41,832 bases of DNA from Opitutaceae bacterium (GTDB lineage Bacteria; Verrucomicrobiota; Verrucomicrobiia; Opitutales; Opitutaceae), in assembly GCA_046704465.1 (NCBI GenBank), contig JBJKRV010000097.1, forward strand, positions 1 through 41,832. Reading direction: 5' to 3'. The notes beneath the pieces are model-generated. The model did no database searches. It was not told the DNA's origin and worked only from the letters and a program-made list of their open reading frames with translations. The translations under genes and the position numbers were made by a program. Position 1 is the stretch's first letter; every line of letters starts with the position of its first letter. Positions 34,411 through 41,832 of the stretch are shown one piece after another.

Positions 34411-35649
34411 ATGGCTGCCAAAATCTACGCACAGGATCACGCCCCGATCATCCTCCGAGAGTTGACCCAACGCTGCGGAATCAGCCAATCGGACCTTGCG
34501 TTCGTCCTCGGGAGAAAGCTCGGCCGGAGCATATCCAAGGCCCTGGTCAATTTGGCCGTGAACAAAGGCTATCTGCCGCCGAGCATCCCCGAATTCAAAG
34601 CGGCCGTCGAATCGTTCATCGCAAGGAACGAATGCACGTCGGCCTGGCTGAATGACAACGGTCTGGGTGTGAAAGACATCTGGGAGGAAACGAACAACGC
34701 GGTCAAGGGGAAGCTGCCCGAAGGCTGCCGTGACAAAAGACGATCGCCGGCGATCAAGGCCGACGACCCGGAAATCACTACACCCTGGGAGGTAGAGATG
34801 ATTACACCCGACGCTTTAAAACATTTCCATCTGTTCCGCAACCCCTTCATCGATGACATCCAGAAGGATTCCGACGTCTATATGTCGGATGAGCATCGCT
34901 ACATCGAGGCCGCCATGCTGGACGCCTCGAAGCACGGCGGATTCATCGCCGTGATCGGAGAAGTGGGAAGCGGTAAATCCGTGATGCGCCGCAAGGTCGT
35001 CGAGAAGCTGAAAAAAGACGGAGACGTCCTGGTCATCTATCCGCAGATGATCGACAAGACCCGGTTGACCGCATCGAGCATCTGCGATGCCATCATCCAG
35101 GACATCAGCAACGAGAAATGCCGGTCGAAGCTCGAAGACAAGACCCGACAGGTGCAGCGTCTCTTGATGGATCGGGCAAAGAGCGGCTACCGGCACGTCC
35201 TGATCGTAGAGGAAGCCCACGACCTGCGCATCCAGACTTTGAAATACCTAAAACGCTTCTACGAGCTGGAGGACGGCTACCGGAAGCTCCTGGGGATCAT
35301 CCTGATCGGCCAAAGCGAATTGAAGCACACCTTCGACGAAGGCCAGAATATCGACATGCGCGAAGTGATCCGCCGCGTCCAGGTCGCCGAGATCCGGGGC
35401 CTAAACGGCAACCTCAAGGCCTACCTGTCCCTTAAGTTCCACCGTATAGGCAAGGATATCGCCGATATCTTCGACGATTCCGCATTCACCGCATTGAGCA
35501 ACCGTCTCACCAGCACCGCCAAGGACGGCAAGGCTAAAGTGTCCCATGCCTACCCGTTGCTCGTGAACAACTACGCCGCCCGGGCCATGAACACGGCCCA
35601 CGAACTCGGAGAAACCAAAATCACCGCCGACGTCATCGACGCGATGTAA
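34411..35649 (+). CDS. Transposition ATPase (B protein, AAA+)
   Basis: Walker A is GEVGSGKSV and Walker B is VLIVEEAHDL. An AGGAGG Shine-Dalgarno sequence lies upstream. Confidence 0.9.
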   Translation: MAAKIYAQDHAPIILRELTQRCGISQSDLAFVLGRKLGRSISKALVNLAVNKGYLPPSIPEFKAAVESFIARNECTSAWLNDNGLGVKDIWEETNNAVKGKLPEGCRDKRRSPAIKADDPEITTPWEVEMITPDALKHFHLFRNPFIDDIQKDSDVYMSDEHRYIEAAMLDASKHGGFIAVIGEVGSGKSVMRRKVVEKLKKDGDVLVIYPQMIDKTRLTASSICDAIIQDISNEKCRSKLEDKTRQVQRLLMDRAKSGYRHVLIVEEAHDLRIQTLKYLKRFYELEDGYRKLLGIILIGQSELKHTFDEGQNIDMREVIRRVQVAEIRGLNGNLKAYLSLKFHRIGKDIADIFDDSAFTALSNRLTSTAKDGKAKVSHAYPLLVNNYAARAMNTAHELGETKITADVIDAM

Positions 35650-35683
35650 TCGCCACCAAGTCCATAAAAGGAGCAAAACAACC

Positions 35684-36136
35684 ATGACCACCGCCACAAC
35701 CACCGCCCTCGCCAACCCCATCGGATTCCGCTTCATCCAGTCCAACGGATTCGTCAAGGAAATGGATACCTGCCCCGTCTGCGGAGAAATCTGGTTCATA
35801 AACGAAGGCTTTAACTATCCGGAACCCATCAGAGAACAACTCAACGCCGTCTGCGACAAGTGCGATCGCATCGCCCAGAACCTCATACCCGACAAGATCC
35901 TGTCCACTCTCTGCCGCGGAGGCGAAATCGAAACCTATGAAAACCTCGTCCACGCCGCCGTCGGCCACGTCCGCCTGGAAACCCTCGTACAGAAAACATA
36001 CGACGCCTGCCAATCACTCATCATGGACCCGTTAATGGACGCCTGCGACGTAAGGGAAATCATCCAGGCCTTCGGCGAGTTCTGCGCCGGCCTCAACATC
36101 CGGGCCATCACCATCAAATTCGACCAGGCCGAGTAG
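35684..36136 (+). CDS. Hypothetical protein with CxxC...CxxC
   Basis: An AAGGAG Shine-Dalgarno sequence lies upstream. Confidence 0.55.
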   Translation: MTTATTTALANPIGFRFIQSNGFVKEMDTCPVCGEIWFINEGFNYPEPIREQLNAVCDKCDRIAQNLIPDKILSTLCRGGEIETYENLVHAAVGHVRLETLVQKTYDACQSLIMDPLMDACDVREIIQAFGEFCAGLNIRAITIKFDQAE

Positions 36137-36141
36137 CCCGA

Positions 36142-36174
36142 GTCCGCTTCGTCCACAACGTCCACCCTGTCCAT
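36142..36174 (+). repeat. GTCCR array E (four units, 9-bp spacing)
   Basis: GTCCGC at 36142, GTCCAC at 36151 and 36160, and GTCCAT at 36169. The array lies just upstream of the Shine-Dalgarno sequence of ORF 36190. Confidence 0.75.
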
Positions 36175-36189
36175 AAAGGAGCCCGCAAA

Positions 36190-36642
36190 ATGGCAACCAC
36201 ACCAACAATAAAAATGAAAGTCACGACCGGCGAAAACCCAATGCATGAAATCCTCATCTCCGCTACCGAAGCCTCAACCGAAATGAACAATTTTCTCTAT
36301 CTTTTCGGCAGGAGGACCAATAGCCGCTTCATCACCGACAGGCTCGACAAAATCAAACAACTCGCCCGCAAGGAACTCGGCTCCTCACATCAAAAAGTCG
36401 CCCTCATTGCGAGCATCACCAAATCACCAAAAGAGCACCAGACGGCCAAGCATCGTGTCCTCAACGGTTATTGGTCCGACATCGAAGACCTCATCGCCGA
36501 TCTCATGCCGCGCCTCATGGACATCGTCCAGAACGGCGCCACCGACGAAAAGCTCACCGAAACCCTTCTCCAGGGCGAAACCCTTACCGCCAGGATCCAG
36601 TCGTTCCTGGCCGTCAAAGACCTCGCAGGAAAAAAGGAGTAA
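36190..36642 (+). CDS. Hypothetical early protein
   Basis: An AAGGAG Shine-Dalgarno sequence lies upstream. Confidence 0.55.
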   Translation: MATTPTIKMKVTTGENPMHEILISATEASTEMNNFLYLFGRRTNSRFITDRLDKIKQLARKELGSSHQKVALIASITKSPKEHQTAKHRVLNGYWSDIEDLIADLMPRLMDIVQNGATDEKLTETLLQGETLTARIQSFLAVKDLAGKKE

Positions 36643-36645
36643 TCC

Positions 36646-37170
36646 ATGACCACCAAACGCACGAAACCGGTCACCATTCAACCCATCAAAGACCTCACCG
36701 AGGCAAACGACGCACTGGCCGAGATCGCCTCGGTGAAACGCCGCCTTTCCGAGATCGACATCGACATGAACGAAGCCATCGATCACGTGAAGGCCTCGGC
36801 CGACCAGCTCGCTGCCCCGCACCAGCTCCGGCTCAAGGAGCTGGAAAACGGGCTCACGGCCTTTGCCGAGCGGAATCAGTCGAAGCTCTTTTCGAAGAAG
36901 AAAAGCGTCGAGGTGGCCTTCGGCACCATCGGATACCGCAAATCCACCGAGGTTAAGCCCAAGCCGAAATTCAAATGGTCCGTGATCCTCGAAAACATCA
37001 AGAAATACGGCTTCACCACGGCGATCCGCACTAAGGAAGAGCCTAACAAGGACGAGCTGCACTCCTGGCCTCTGGAGCGTCTTGACCTTATTGGCGCCCG
37101 TCTCGTGACCAAGGAAGCATTTTGGTATGAGATCAACGAATCCGAAGTCGCCAGACAGTCGAAGGCGTAA
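36646..37170 (+). CDS. gam: Host-nuclease inhibitor Gam
   Basis: Length and pattern match Mu Gam-like proteins (LTEANDALAEIASVKRRLSEIDIDMNEAIDHVKA...KKKSVEVAFGTIGYRKS). Confidence 0.8.
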   Translation: MTTKRTKPVTIQPIKDLTEANDALAEIASVKRRLSEIDIDMNEAIDHVKASADQLAAPHQLRLKELENGLTAFAERNQSKLFSKKKSVEVAFGTIGYRKSTEVKPKPKFKWSVILENIKKYGFTTAIRTKEEPNKDELHSWPLERLDLIGARLVTKEAFWYEINESEVARQSKA

Positions 37171-37174
37171 CCCC

Positions 37175-37378
37175 ATGCCGAAACTCAATCACATATGGTT
37201 ATGTCGGGAATGTGAAGAGGTATTCCCGATGCCCCAAGGCCAGGTCCCGAGCCTATGCCCGTGTTGCATGCAACTCAAAGCCTACCCGCTCGTGGCCTGG
37301 CTCCGAATCATCGCCGGAGACGTCTTCATCCGAACCCCGGAAACCACCTGCACGATTCACCCGGATGGAAAGGAATAA
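37175..37378 (+). CDS. Small zinc-ribbon protein
   Basis: The start is the internal ATG at 37175. The Cys pairs are CRECEEVF...CPCC. Confidence 0.5.
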   Translation: MPKLNHIWLCRECEEVFPMPQGQVPSLCPCCMQLKAYPLVAWLRIIAGDVFIRTPETTCTIHPDGKE

Positions 37379-37383
37379 CGCAA

Positions 37384-37635
37384 ATGATCACCGAACAAAA
37401 AGTTCTATCCCTGGTCCCCACCGACAAGCTGCTTCACTTTTTCGCCGGCGGATTCATTGCCGGCGCCGTCGGTGGCTTGTGGGGCCTGCTCGTGGCGATC
37501 ATCATTGGAGCGGCCAAAGAGGTCATCGACCCATATTGGGGCGGAACGCGCGATCCGCTCGACTTCGCCGCCACCGCCGCCGGCGCCGTCGTCGTATTTG
37601 CCGTCCATCTGTTCATTGCCTGGTTGTTCATGTGA
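37384..37635 (+). CDS. Small membrane protein
   Basis: The internal ATG at 37384 is preceded by GGAAAGGA. Two or three hydrophobic segments are present. Confidence 0.55.
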   Translation: MITEQKVLSLVPTDKLLHFFAGGFIAGAVGGLWGLLVAIIIGAAKEVIDPYWGGTRDPLDFAATAAGAVVVFAVHLFIAWLFM

Positions 37636-37696
37636 CCCAACATCATTGGATGGGGTTCGGTCTGCCTGATTGAGCGACCGAACCCTTGGGAGTGAG

Positions 37697-37879
37697 ATGA
37701 ACGAGATGCTTTTTGAACTCTGCCCGGAATGTGGATCCGATGTTCACGTACAAACGAAGGTGGATTCGGATGGAGATCTCGAAATTATCGTCCGATGCAG
37801 GGGCAACAGATGTGATGGCAACACCTGCAATTACAAGGCCTGGACCGTCGCTTATCAGTATGATCTGACCCGCGACTAA
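37697..37879 (+). CDS. Small Cys-rich (zinc-ribbon) protein
   Basis: ATG 37697 is preceded by GGGAG. The sequence contains CPECGSD... Confidence 0.45.
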   Translation: MNEMLFELCPECGSDVHVQTKVDSDGDLEIIVRCRGNRCDGNTCNYKAWTVAYQYDLTRD

Positions 37880-37892
37880 GGAGACATCCCCG

Positions 37893-38078
37893 ATGCGCAT
37901 CGGCACAAAAAGCGTTGTTTTCGGAGCCCATCAATTCTGGATTCACCCCTTTTTCGTCTTCATCGCCTGGTGGCGGCTCTACGGCTTCCCCTGGGATCCG
38001 CGCCTTTGGGTCGCGGATGTTTGCGAAATCCGTCTTCACTGTCTTGTTATAGCGCACAGGGTACTATGGATAAAATGA
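37893..38078 (+). CDS. Hypothetical 61-aa hydrophobic protein
   Basis: An AAGGAG Shine-Dalgarno sequence lies upstream. The stop overlaps ATG 38075. Confidence 0.45.
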   Translation: MRIGTKSVVFGAHQFWIHPFFVFIAWWRLYGFPWDPRLWVADVCEIRLHCLVIAHRVLWIK

Positions 38079-38809
38079 AAAAATATCTATCATTTGGTGG
38101 TGGGGTTAATTCGGTGGCTTTGTATCTTCACATGATCGAACTTGGTGAAGACTTCGAAGCTATCTTTGTGGATCACGGAGGCGATTGGCCGGAAACATAT
38201 GAATACGTTGAAATGTTCATGAGGCACTATCCTATAACCATTCTTAAACCTCAAAGGAAAACAACGCCTATCGGTGGAGATGATAGTGTTATATTCAGCA
38301 ATATCATAGATTTTTGCTTTGCCCGGAAGATGTTCCCCCACCGGACACAAAGATGGTGTACTTCCGATTTTAAAGTTAAGGTGATTTCCAAATACATCGA
38401 AAAGCCGTGCTTTAACCTACTCGGAATAGATGCTGGTGAGGCGCACCGGGCAAAAATCGTCAACCGCGATGGTGAGGAGTTGCGCTACCCGTTGATTGAG
38501 GACGGAATTGATAGGGATGGTTGTAAGGCTTTGATTAAAAAGCATGGCTTCCCCGTCCCGATGAAATCTGGTTGCTATATCTGCCCCTTTCAGCGTGTCG
38601 GCCAGTTGCGGCAACTACGGAGAGATCATCCGGAATTATTTTGCAGGGTAGAACAACTCGAAAACGAGAACAACGAATATCGTGCGAGTATCTGTAAAGA
38701 ACCTTTTTACAGCTTCAAAAAGCCTGTTCGTGAGGTTGCCGAAAAGAACATAAAACAAGCGCAGTTATGGCCGGAAGACGAATACCCGCCGTGCCAGTGT
38801 GCGCTATAA
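38075..38809 (+). CDS. PP-loop ATP pyrophosphatase, PAPS-reductase family (DndC/IbrA-like)
   Basis: The PP-loop is LSFGGGVNS. The C-terminal Cys motif is SGCYICPF. ATG 38075 overlaps the upstream stop (ATGA), and ATG 38066 is an alternative start. By eye the GC content is lower. Confidence 0.8.
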   Translation: MKKYLSFGGGVNSVALYLHMIELGEDFEAIFVDHGGDWPETYEYVEMFMRHYPITILKPQRKTTPIGGDDSVIFSNIIDFCFARKMFPHRTQRWCTSDFKVKVISKYIEKPCFNLLGIDAGEAHRAKIVNRDGEELRYPLIEDGIDRDGCKALIKKHGFPVPMKSGCYICPFQRVGQLRQLRRDHPELFCRVEQLENENNEYRASICKEPFYSFKKPVREVAEKNIKQAQLWPEDEYPPCQCAL

Positions 38810-38811
38810 CG

Positions 38812-39459
38812 ATGAAGCTAACCGGCATGAATGAAGCGCAGCGAAATGAATGTCCGAGTTTAGCGACTTGTTATGTGGCGGCTCTCTACGTGCAGCCTGA
38901 CGGGTGTTACTCGGACTGGCCTTGGATCGATTCATGGCACGAAACCCGGGACGCCCGGAATTACAAAGGGCCGCTGCCGGTGGTGGCGCACCCGCCCTGC
39001 CAGTTGTGGGGAGCGATGGCCGCAGTAAATTACGCCCGATGGGGTGGAGTGCACAACCGACCCGGGAACGACGGTGGTTGTTTTGCTGCTGCGCTGGATG
39101 CAGTAAACCGGTGGGGTGGAGTGCTTGAGCACCCGGCGAAGACGAGGGCATGGAAAGCCTACAGGCTGGAAAAGCCGGTCGGTGAAGGGTGGAGCCGGAG
39201 CGGATTGGGTTGGGTTTGTGAGGTGTGGCAAAGCGCCTATGGGCATCGAGCGAACAAAGCCACGTGGCTCTACTACAAGGGCCGCTCGAAACCACCGGAA
39301 CTGCGCTGGGACCGGCCCACCGGGACGCACCAGATAGGGTTCCATGATCAAAGAGGGAAGGCGGCGAACAAGCCGACCCTCGGCAAACGAGAGGCGAATG
39401 CAACGCCACTAGCGTTCCGCGATGAACTGCTGAAGCTGGCACTGCACTCAGCCACATAA
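38812..39459 (+). CDS. Protein resembling a C5-cytosine-methyltransferase core, without a recognisable SAM motif I
   Basis: AHPPCQLWG resembles motif IV (PCQ). LEHPAKTRAW resembles ENV. QSAYGHRANKATWLYY resembles motif VIII. I saw no FxGxG. Confidence 0.45.
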   Translation: MKLTGMNEAQRNECPSLATCYVAALYVQPDGCYSDWPWIDSWHETRDARNYKGPLPVVAHPPCQLWGAMAAVNYARWGGVHNRPGNDGGCFAAALDAVNRWGGVLEHPAKTRAWKAYRLEKPVGEGWSRSGLGWVCEVWQSAYGHRANKATWLYYKGRSKPPELRWDRPTGTHQIGFHDQRGKAANKPTLGKREANATPLAFRDELLKLALHSAT

Positions 39460-39579
39460 CAAGGGATTCTATGGACGGAATCCGTCCTGATAATACCTCA
39501 AAATGCGGTGTTATCGAGAATGTAACAAATGTGACAGACTTTGGATCTTGCCGATTTTTGTCTGCCAAGCAATCAGGTC

Positions 39580-40083
39580 ATGATGAAGACCAACTTGGAA
39601 CAATGCCGGCCTGGGCGCAAATTGGTTAATCTTAAGTTTACCGGCGATTGGGAGGGAACCATGAATGTACGTGAGATCGTAAAAGAGTGGCTTGATTCGC
39701 ATGGATACGACGGGCTTTACGACGGTGGCGAATGCTTTTGCTTCAAGGATAGTGAAGATTACGAGTTTATGGAATTTTGCTCCAACTTGGAACAATGCCG
39801 GCCTGGGCGCGAACTGGTTAATCTTAAGTTTACCGGCGATATAGCTGAACGTCCATATGTCATCGGATTACGGCATGCCATGCCAAGGACGCCTTTAGTT
39901 CATGACATCGTCAAGGATTTCATCGAGCTCCACGGCTTCGATGGCCTTTACGATTTGATCGGATGCGGGTGTGACGCGGGGACGCTAATGCATTGCAATA
40001 TCGGTTGCCAGGAGTGCCGGGCCGGTTATCGGATGATGGATCAGGACACGGGCAAACCTATCTTTAGCCCGAAGAAAGGATGA
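39580..40083 (+). CDS. Cys-rich protein made of two duplicated modules
   Basis: NLEQCRPGR-LVNLKFTGD and HG(Y/F)DGLYD...C.C each occur twice. Confidence 0.55.
   Translation: MMKTNLEQCRPGRKLVNLKFTGDWEGTMNVREIVKEWLDSHGYDGLYDGGECFCFKDSEDYEFMEFCSNLEQCRPGRELVNLKFTGDIAERPYVIGLRHAMPRTPLVHDIVKDFIELHGFDGLYDLIGCGCDAGTLMHCNIGCQECRAGYRMMDQDTGKPIFSPKKG
39591..39840 (+). repeat. 58-bp direct repeat, 192 bp apart (39591-39648 and 39783-39840, 2 mismatches)
   Basis: Direct reading of the sequence. Confidence 0.9.
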
Positions 40084-40087
40084 TTCG

Positions 40088-40309
40088 ATGACTCTCCATT
40101 TTGCAAAAAACGCTACATTTAAAGATGTTGTTGAAGACGGCTTCAATGGAATGAAAGCGAATAATTGCGATGGATTCGAATATATCGTCGGGACGATTAA
40201 GGGCGGACAATTAAAAGTTGTTTTCGAGCCCCCATATTCCTGCGAGATGTTAGAAATTGGTGGACCGGAAGACTTCGCCTTCACACTGGTTTCTGAAACG
40301 GAGGATTAA
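40088..40309 (+). CDS. Hypothetical protein
   Basis: A 73-aa ORF in a low-GC stretch. Confidence 0.45.
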   Translation: MTLHFAKNATFKDVVEDGFNGMKANNCDGFEYIVGTIKGGQLKVVFEPPYSCEMLEIGGPEDFAFTLVSETED

Positions 40310-40837
40310 TTGAAGCTCACCTGCCCGAATCCAAACTGCCGCCTGGTGGCATCCATAGAGGCATGGTTCAATGAAAAGGATTTCATCCGATTTATGACCT
40401 GCTACGGCACGCTGCCCCATGACGTGATGCGCCTGATTTTCCCCTATTTAGCCTATTTCCGACCGAAATCGAACCGAGGCCTGTCCTGGGAGCGAGCGGC
40501 CAACCTCCTGGAACAACTCAAAGCCGAAATCTACTCGGACAGCATTTGGTGGGGAAGCAGCGTCGCCAGGCCGAACAAGCCGGAGTTTTGGATCGAAGCC
40601 ATTCAAAAGATCGTCAACCAGGCTCCAAAAACGCTCCCTCTGAAAAACCACGGCTACATCAAGCACATCGCCTATGACCTGGCCGACGACGCGGATCGCG
40701 CCACCGAGCGCTCTCACATCGAGGCCGAGCGCAAGGGCACCCTCCGCCACGATCGCGAAGCTACCACCGCCGTTCCGGAACGTCTGGACCCGGAATGGAT
40801 GCATGAACGCTACCTAAAAAATACGGGCAAAAAATGA
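40310..40837 (+). CDS. Hypothetical protein (CxxC at the N-terminus)
   Basis: TTG start with GGAGGA 5 nt upstream. Confidence 0.5.
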   Translation: MKLTCPNPNCRLVASIEAWFNEKDFIRFMTCYGTLPHDVMRLIFPYLAYFRPKSNRGLSWERAANLLEQLKAEIYSDSIWWGSSVARPNKPEFWIEAIQKIVNQAPKTLPLKNHGYIKHIAYDLADDADRATERSHIEAERKGTLRHDREATTAVPERLDPEWMHERYLKNTGKK

Positions 40838-41388
40838 GAATCCATCCCAAACAGATCCGCATCATCAAGATGGCCCAACGCCAACTGGGCATTTCGGACG
40901 ACGACCATCACGATGCCTTGGAGCTCCGCTACGGCGTGAGATCATCGACGCGGTTGTCCATGGATCAGGCCAACGATTACATCGACGATTTGCAATCACG
41001 CGGATTCGTCCTGACGCCCACCAAGCCGAGAAAACCGAATTACAGGCGCCCTAAAACGGTGAAACAGGGGAAAAACGTGGTCACACTTGCCAGCCCGGCC
41101 GAGATCGACAAAGTCAACAACCTGGTCGCCCTGGTCCGCTGGAATGTCGAAAACGGCCATCAACGTTTCTTTGAAAAACGTATGGGCATCAAGTCCGGAA
41201 GGGTCCGCACCTCGAATGATGCCTACCTGGCCATCGAAGGCCTGAAAAAACTGATCGACCGCCAACTGGCCACGGACTTCGGACCCCGCTGGAAAGAGGA
41301 CATTCATTTCGGCCACGTAACAGCAACCCAGGACGTCAAGGAATACCTCCGGCTGCATCACTGTGACGCCAAGGGCCTCCTTTTATAA
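40834..41388 (+). CDS. gemA: GemA-like protein (Mu gp16 / DUF1018)
   Basis: KQIRIIKMAQRQLGISDDDHHDALELRYGVRSSTRLSMDQANDYIDDLQSRGF matches the DUF1018 pattern. The start is an ATGA overlap. Confidence 0.75.
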   Translation: MRIHPKQIRIIKMAQRQLGISDDDHHDALELRYGVRSSTRLSMDQANDYIDDLQSRGFVLTPTKPRKPNYRRPKTVKQGKNVVTLASPAEIDKVNNLVALVRWNVENGHQRFFEKRMGIKSGRVRTSNDAYLAIEGLKKLIDRQLATDFGPRWKEDIHFGHVTATQDVKEYLRLHHCDAKGLLL

Positions 41389-41399
41389 ATAGGTACCCA

Positions 41400-41696
41400 A
41401 TGTCAAAGATACTCGATAGAATGCTTGAGATCGCCGAGATCAAAAAAAAACCGACATACCATCGCGAAGAGGTATGCCGGATCCTCGGCATCTCGGACCG
41501 CACTTTCTGGACATTCGTCACATCGTTCGAACCAGGCCCCGACGGCCCCCGCCATCCGGCCACTCTAGATTCATTCATGACCCGAGGCCACCGCCGCGTC
41601 ACATATCAGGAACTCGAAGATTTCCTGGCCAGAAATCGCACATACGAACGCCGACACGCCGCCGACACCCAAACCCAAATCCCCCTCCCATTTTAG
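41400..41696 (+). CDS. Excisionase/MerR-type HTH protein, at the position Mor occupies in Mu
   Basis: The HTH is YHREEVCRILGISDRTFWTFV...RRVTYQELEDFL. Confidence 0.6.
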   Translation: MSKILDRMLEIAEIKKKPTYHREEVCRILGISDRTFWTFVTSFEPGPDGPRHPATLDSFMTRGHRRVTYQELEDFLARNRTYERRHAADTQTQIPLPF

Positions 41697-41717
41697 TCAT
41701 CAAGAATTTCTTGATGA
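41697..41717. promoter_or_regulatory. Perfect 10+1+10 palindrome TCATCAAGAA-T-TTCTTGATGA
   Basis: Begins directly after stop 41694-41696. It shares CATCAAGAA with the left-end operator copy at 3041-3049. Confidence 0.5.
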
Positions 41718-41766
41718 ACCCCCCGATCCCCTGCCATGTAAAGCAACCGTAAACCAAAGCAAAAGG

Positions 41767-41819
41767 CACTTTTCGCAATTTCAGGTGGTTGGGTTTCGCA
41801 CCCCCCATCACGTTGGTCG
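41767..41819 (-). repeat. Right-end transposase-binding repeats (TTTCG at 41771-41775 and 41794-41798)
   Basis: CACTTTTCGCAATTT mirrors the left end. Symmetry of spacing places the terminus at 41819. The nearest CA dinucleotide is at 41809-41810. Confidence 0.5.
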
Positions 41820-41832
41820 ATCGATTTGAATC

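Larger units (their letters stand above)
2161..41819. mobile_element. Mu-like transposable prophage with divergent early and late arms
   Basis: Encodes a DDE transposase plus AAA+ B protein, Ner, Gam, GemA, Mu-F-like, DUF1804 and TerL proteins. The left terminus TGTTCATGGTGAAGCGCGACGCGAAAAA resembles the Mu L1 end, with CGAAA 21 nt from the TG. Both ends carry inverted CGAAA-type sites. Confidence 0.85.

Noticed and set aside
37970-38074. N-terminal extension of the PAPS-reductase ORF from 37970
   Set aside because: The extension overlaps ORF 37893..38078 and is not protein-like. ATG 38075 forms an ATGA overlap with the upstream stop, and the PP-loop motif follows immediately.
1-41832. Integrase/att-type integration, invertible G-segment (gin) or mom-like gene, tRNA or rRNA genes
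   Set aside because: I saw no tyrosine or serine recombinase ORF, no tRNA-like structure at the junctions and no Gin- or Mom-like ORF. The element is transposase-based.

Overview
High-GC bacterial window. About 39.7 kb of it is a Mu-like transposable prophage, running from 2161 to roughly 41810-41819. It sits in a host envelope/lipid locus: a 5'-truncated DegV-like gene, a GT2 glycosyltransferase, then a small membrane-protein ORF whose 3' end is replaced by the phage end.

The layout is divergent, which as I recall resembles BcepMu. A central immunity region lies at about 29.8-30.4 kb, with an XRE repressor reading leftward and a Ner-like gene reading rightward.
- Early arm (+ strand, to the right end): small ORFs, DDE transposase A, AAA+ protein B, Gam, a PP-loop/PAPS-reductase-like protein, GemA and an HTH protein.
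- Late arm (- strand, toward the left end): GH108 endolysin, 3TM holin, DUF1804 small-terminase-like protein, TerL, portal, Mu-F-like protein, an 816-aa protease-scaffold-capsid fusion, connectors, tail tube, chaperone, tape measure, GTA-like distal tail and host-specificity proteins, and fibres.

Points worth a second look:
1. The last fibre gene looks like a diversity-generating retroelement (DGR) target. It has an FGE/C-type-lectin C-terminus, a 9-bp/4-nt hairpin after the stop and an Avd-like ORF broken after about 62 codons. No template repeat or reverse transcriptase is present in the window.
2. A low-GC cassette at the left end (2226-4911) has two copies of an operator-promoter block. 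It encodes a very acidic ParB-like protein, an HTH protein, a 27-aa hydrophobic peptide and a 394-aa protein carrying an in-frame 69-bp tandem repeat.
3. Phased arrays of four or five GTCCR repeats occur in five intergenic regions, always in the same genomic orientation.
4. A PP-loop protein is paired with a protein resembling a C5-methyltransferase core.
5. There are several moron-like secreted or lipoprotein genes.

I saw no rRNA, tRNA or CRISPR array. All family assignments come from reading the translated ORFs by eye. No database search was run.
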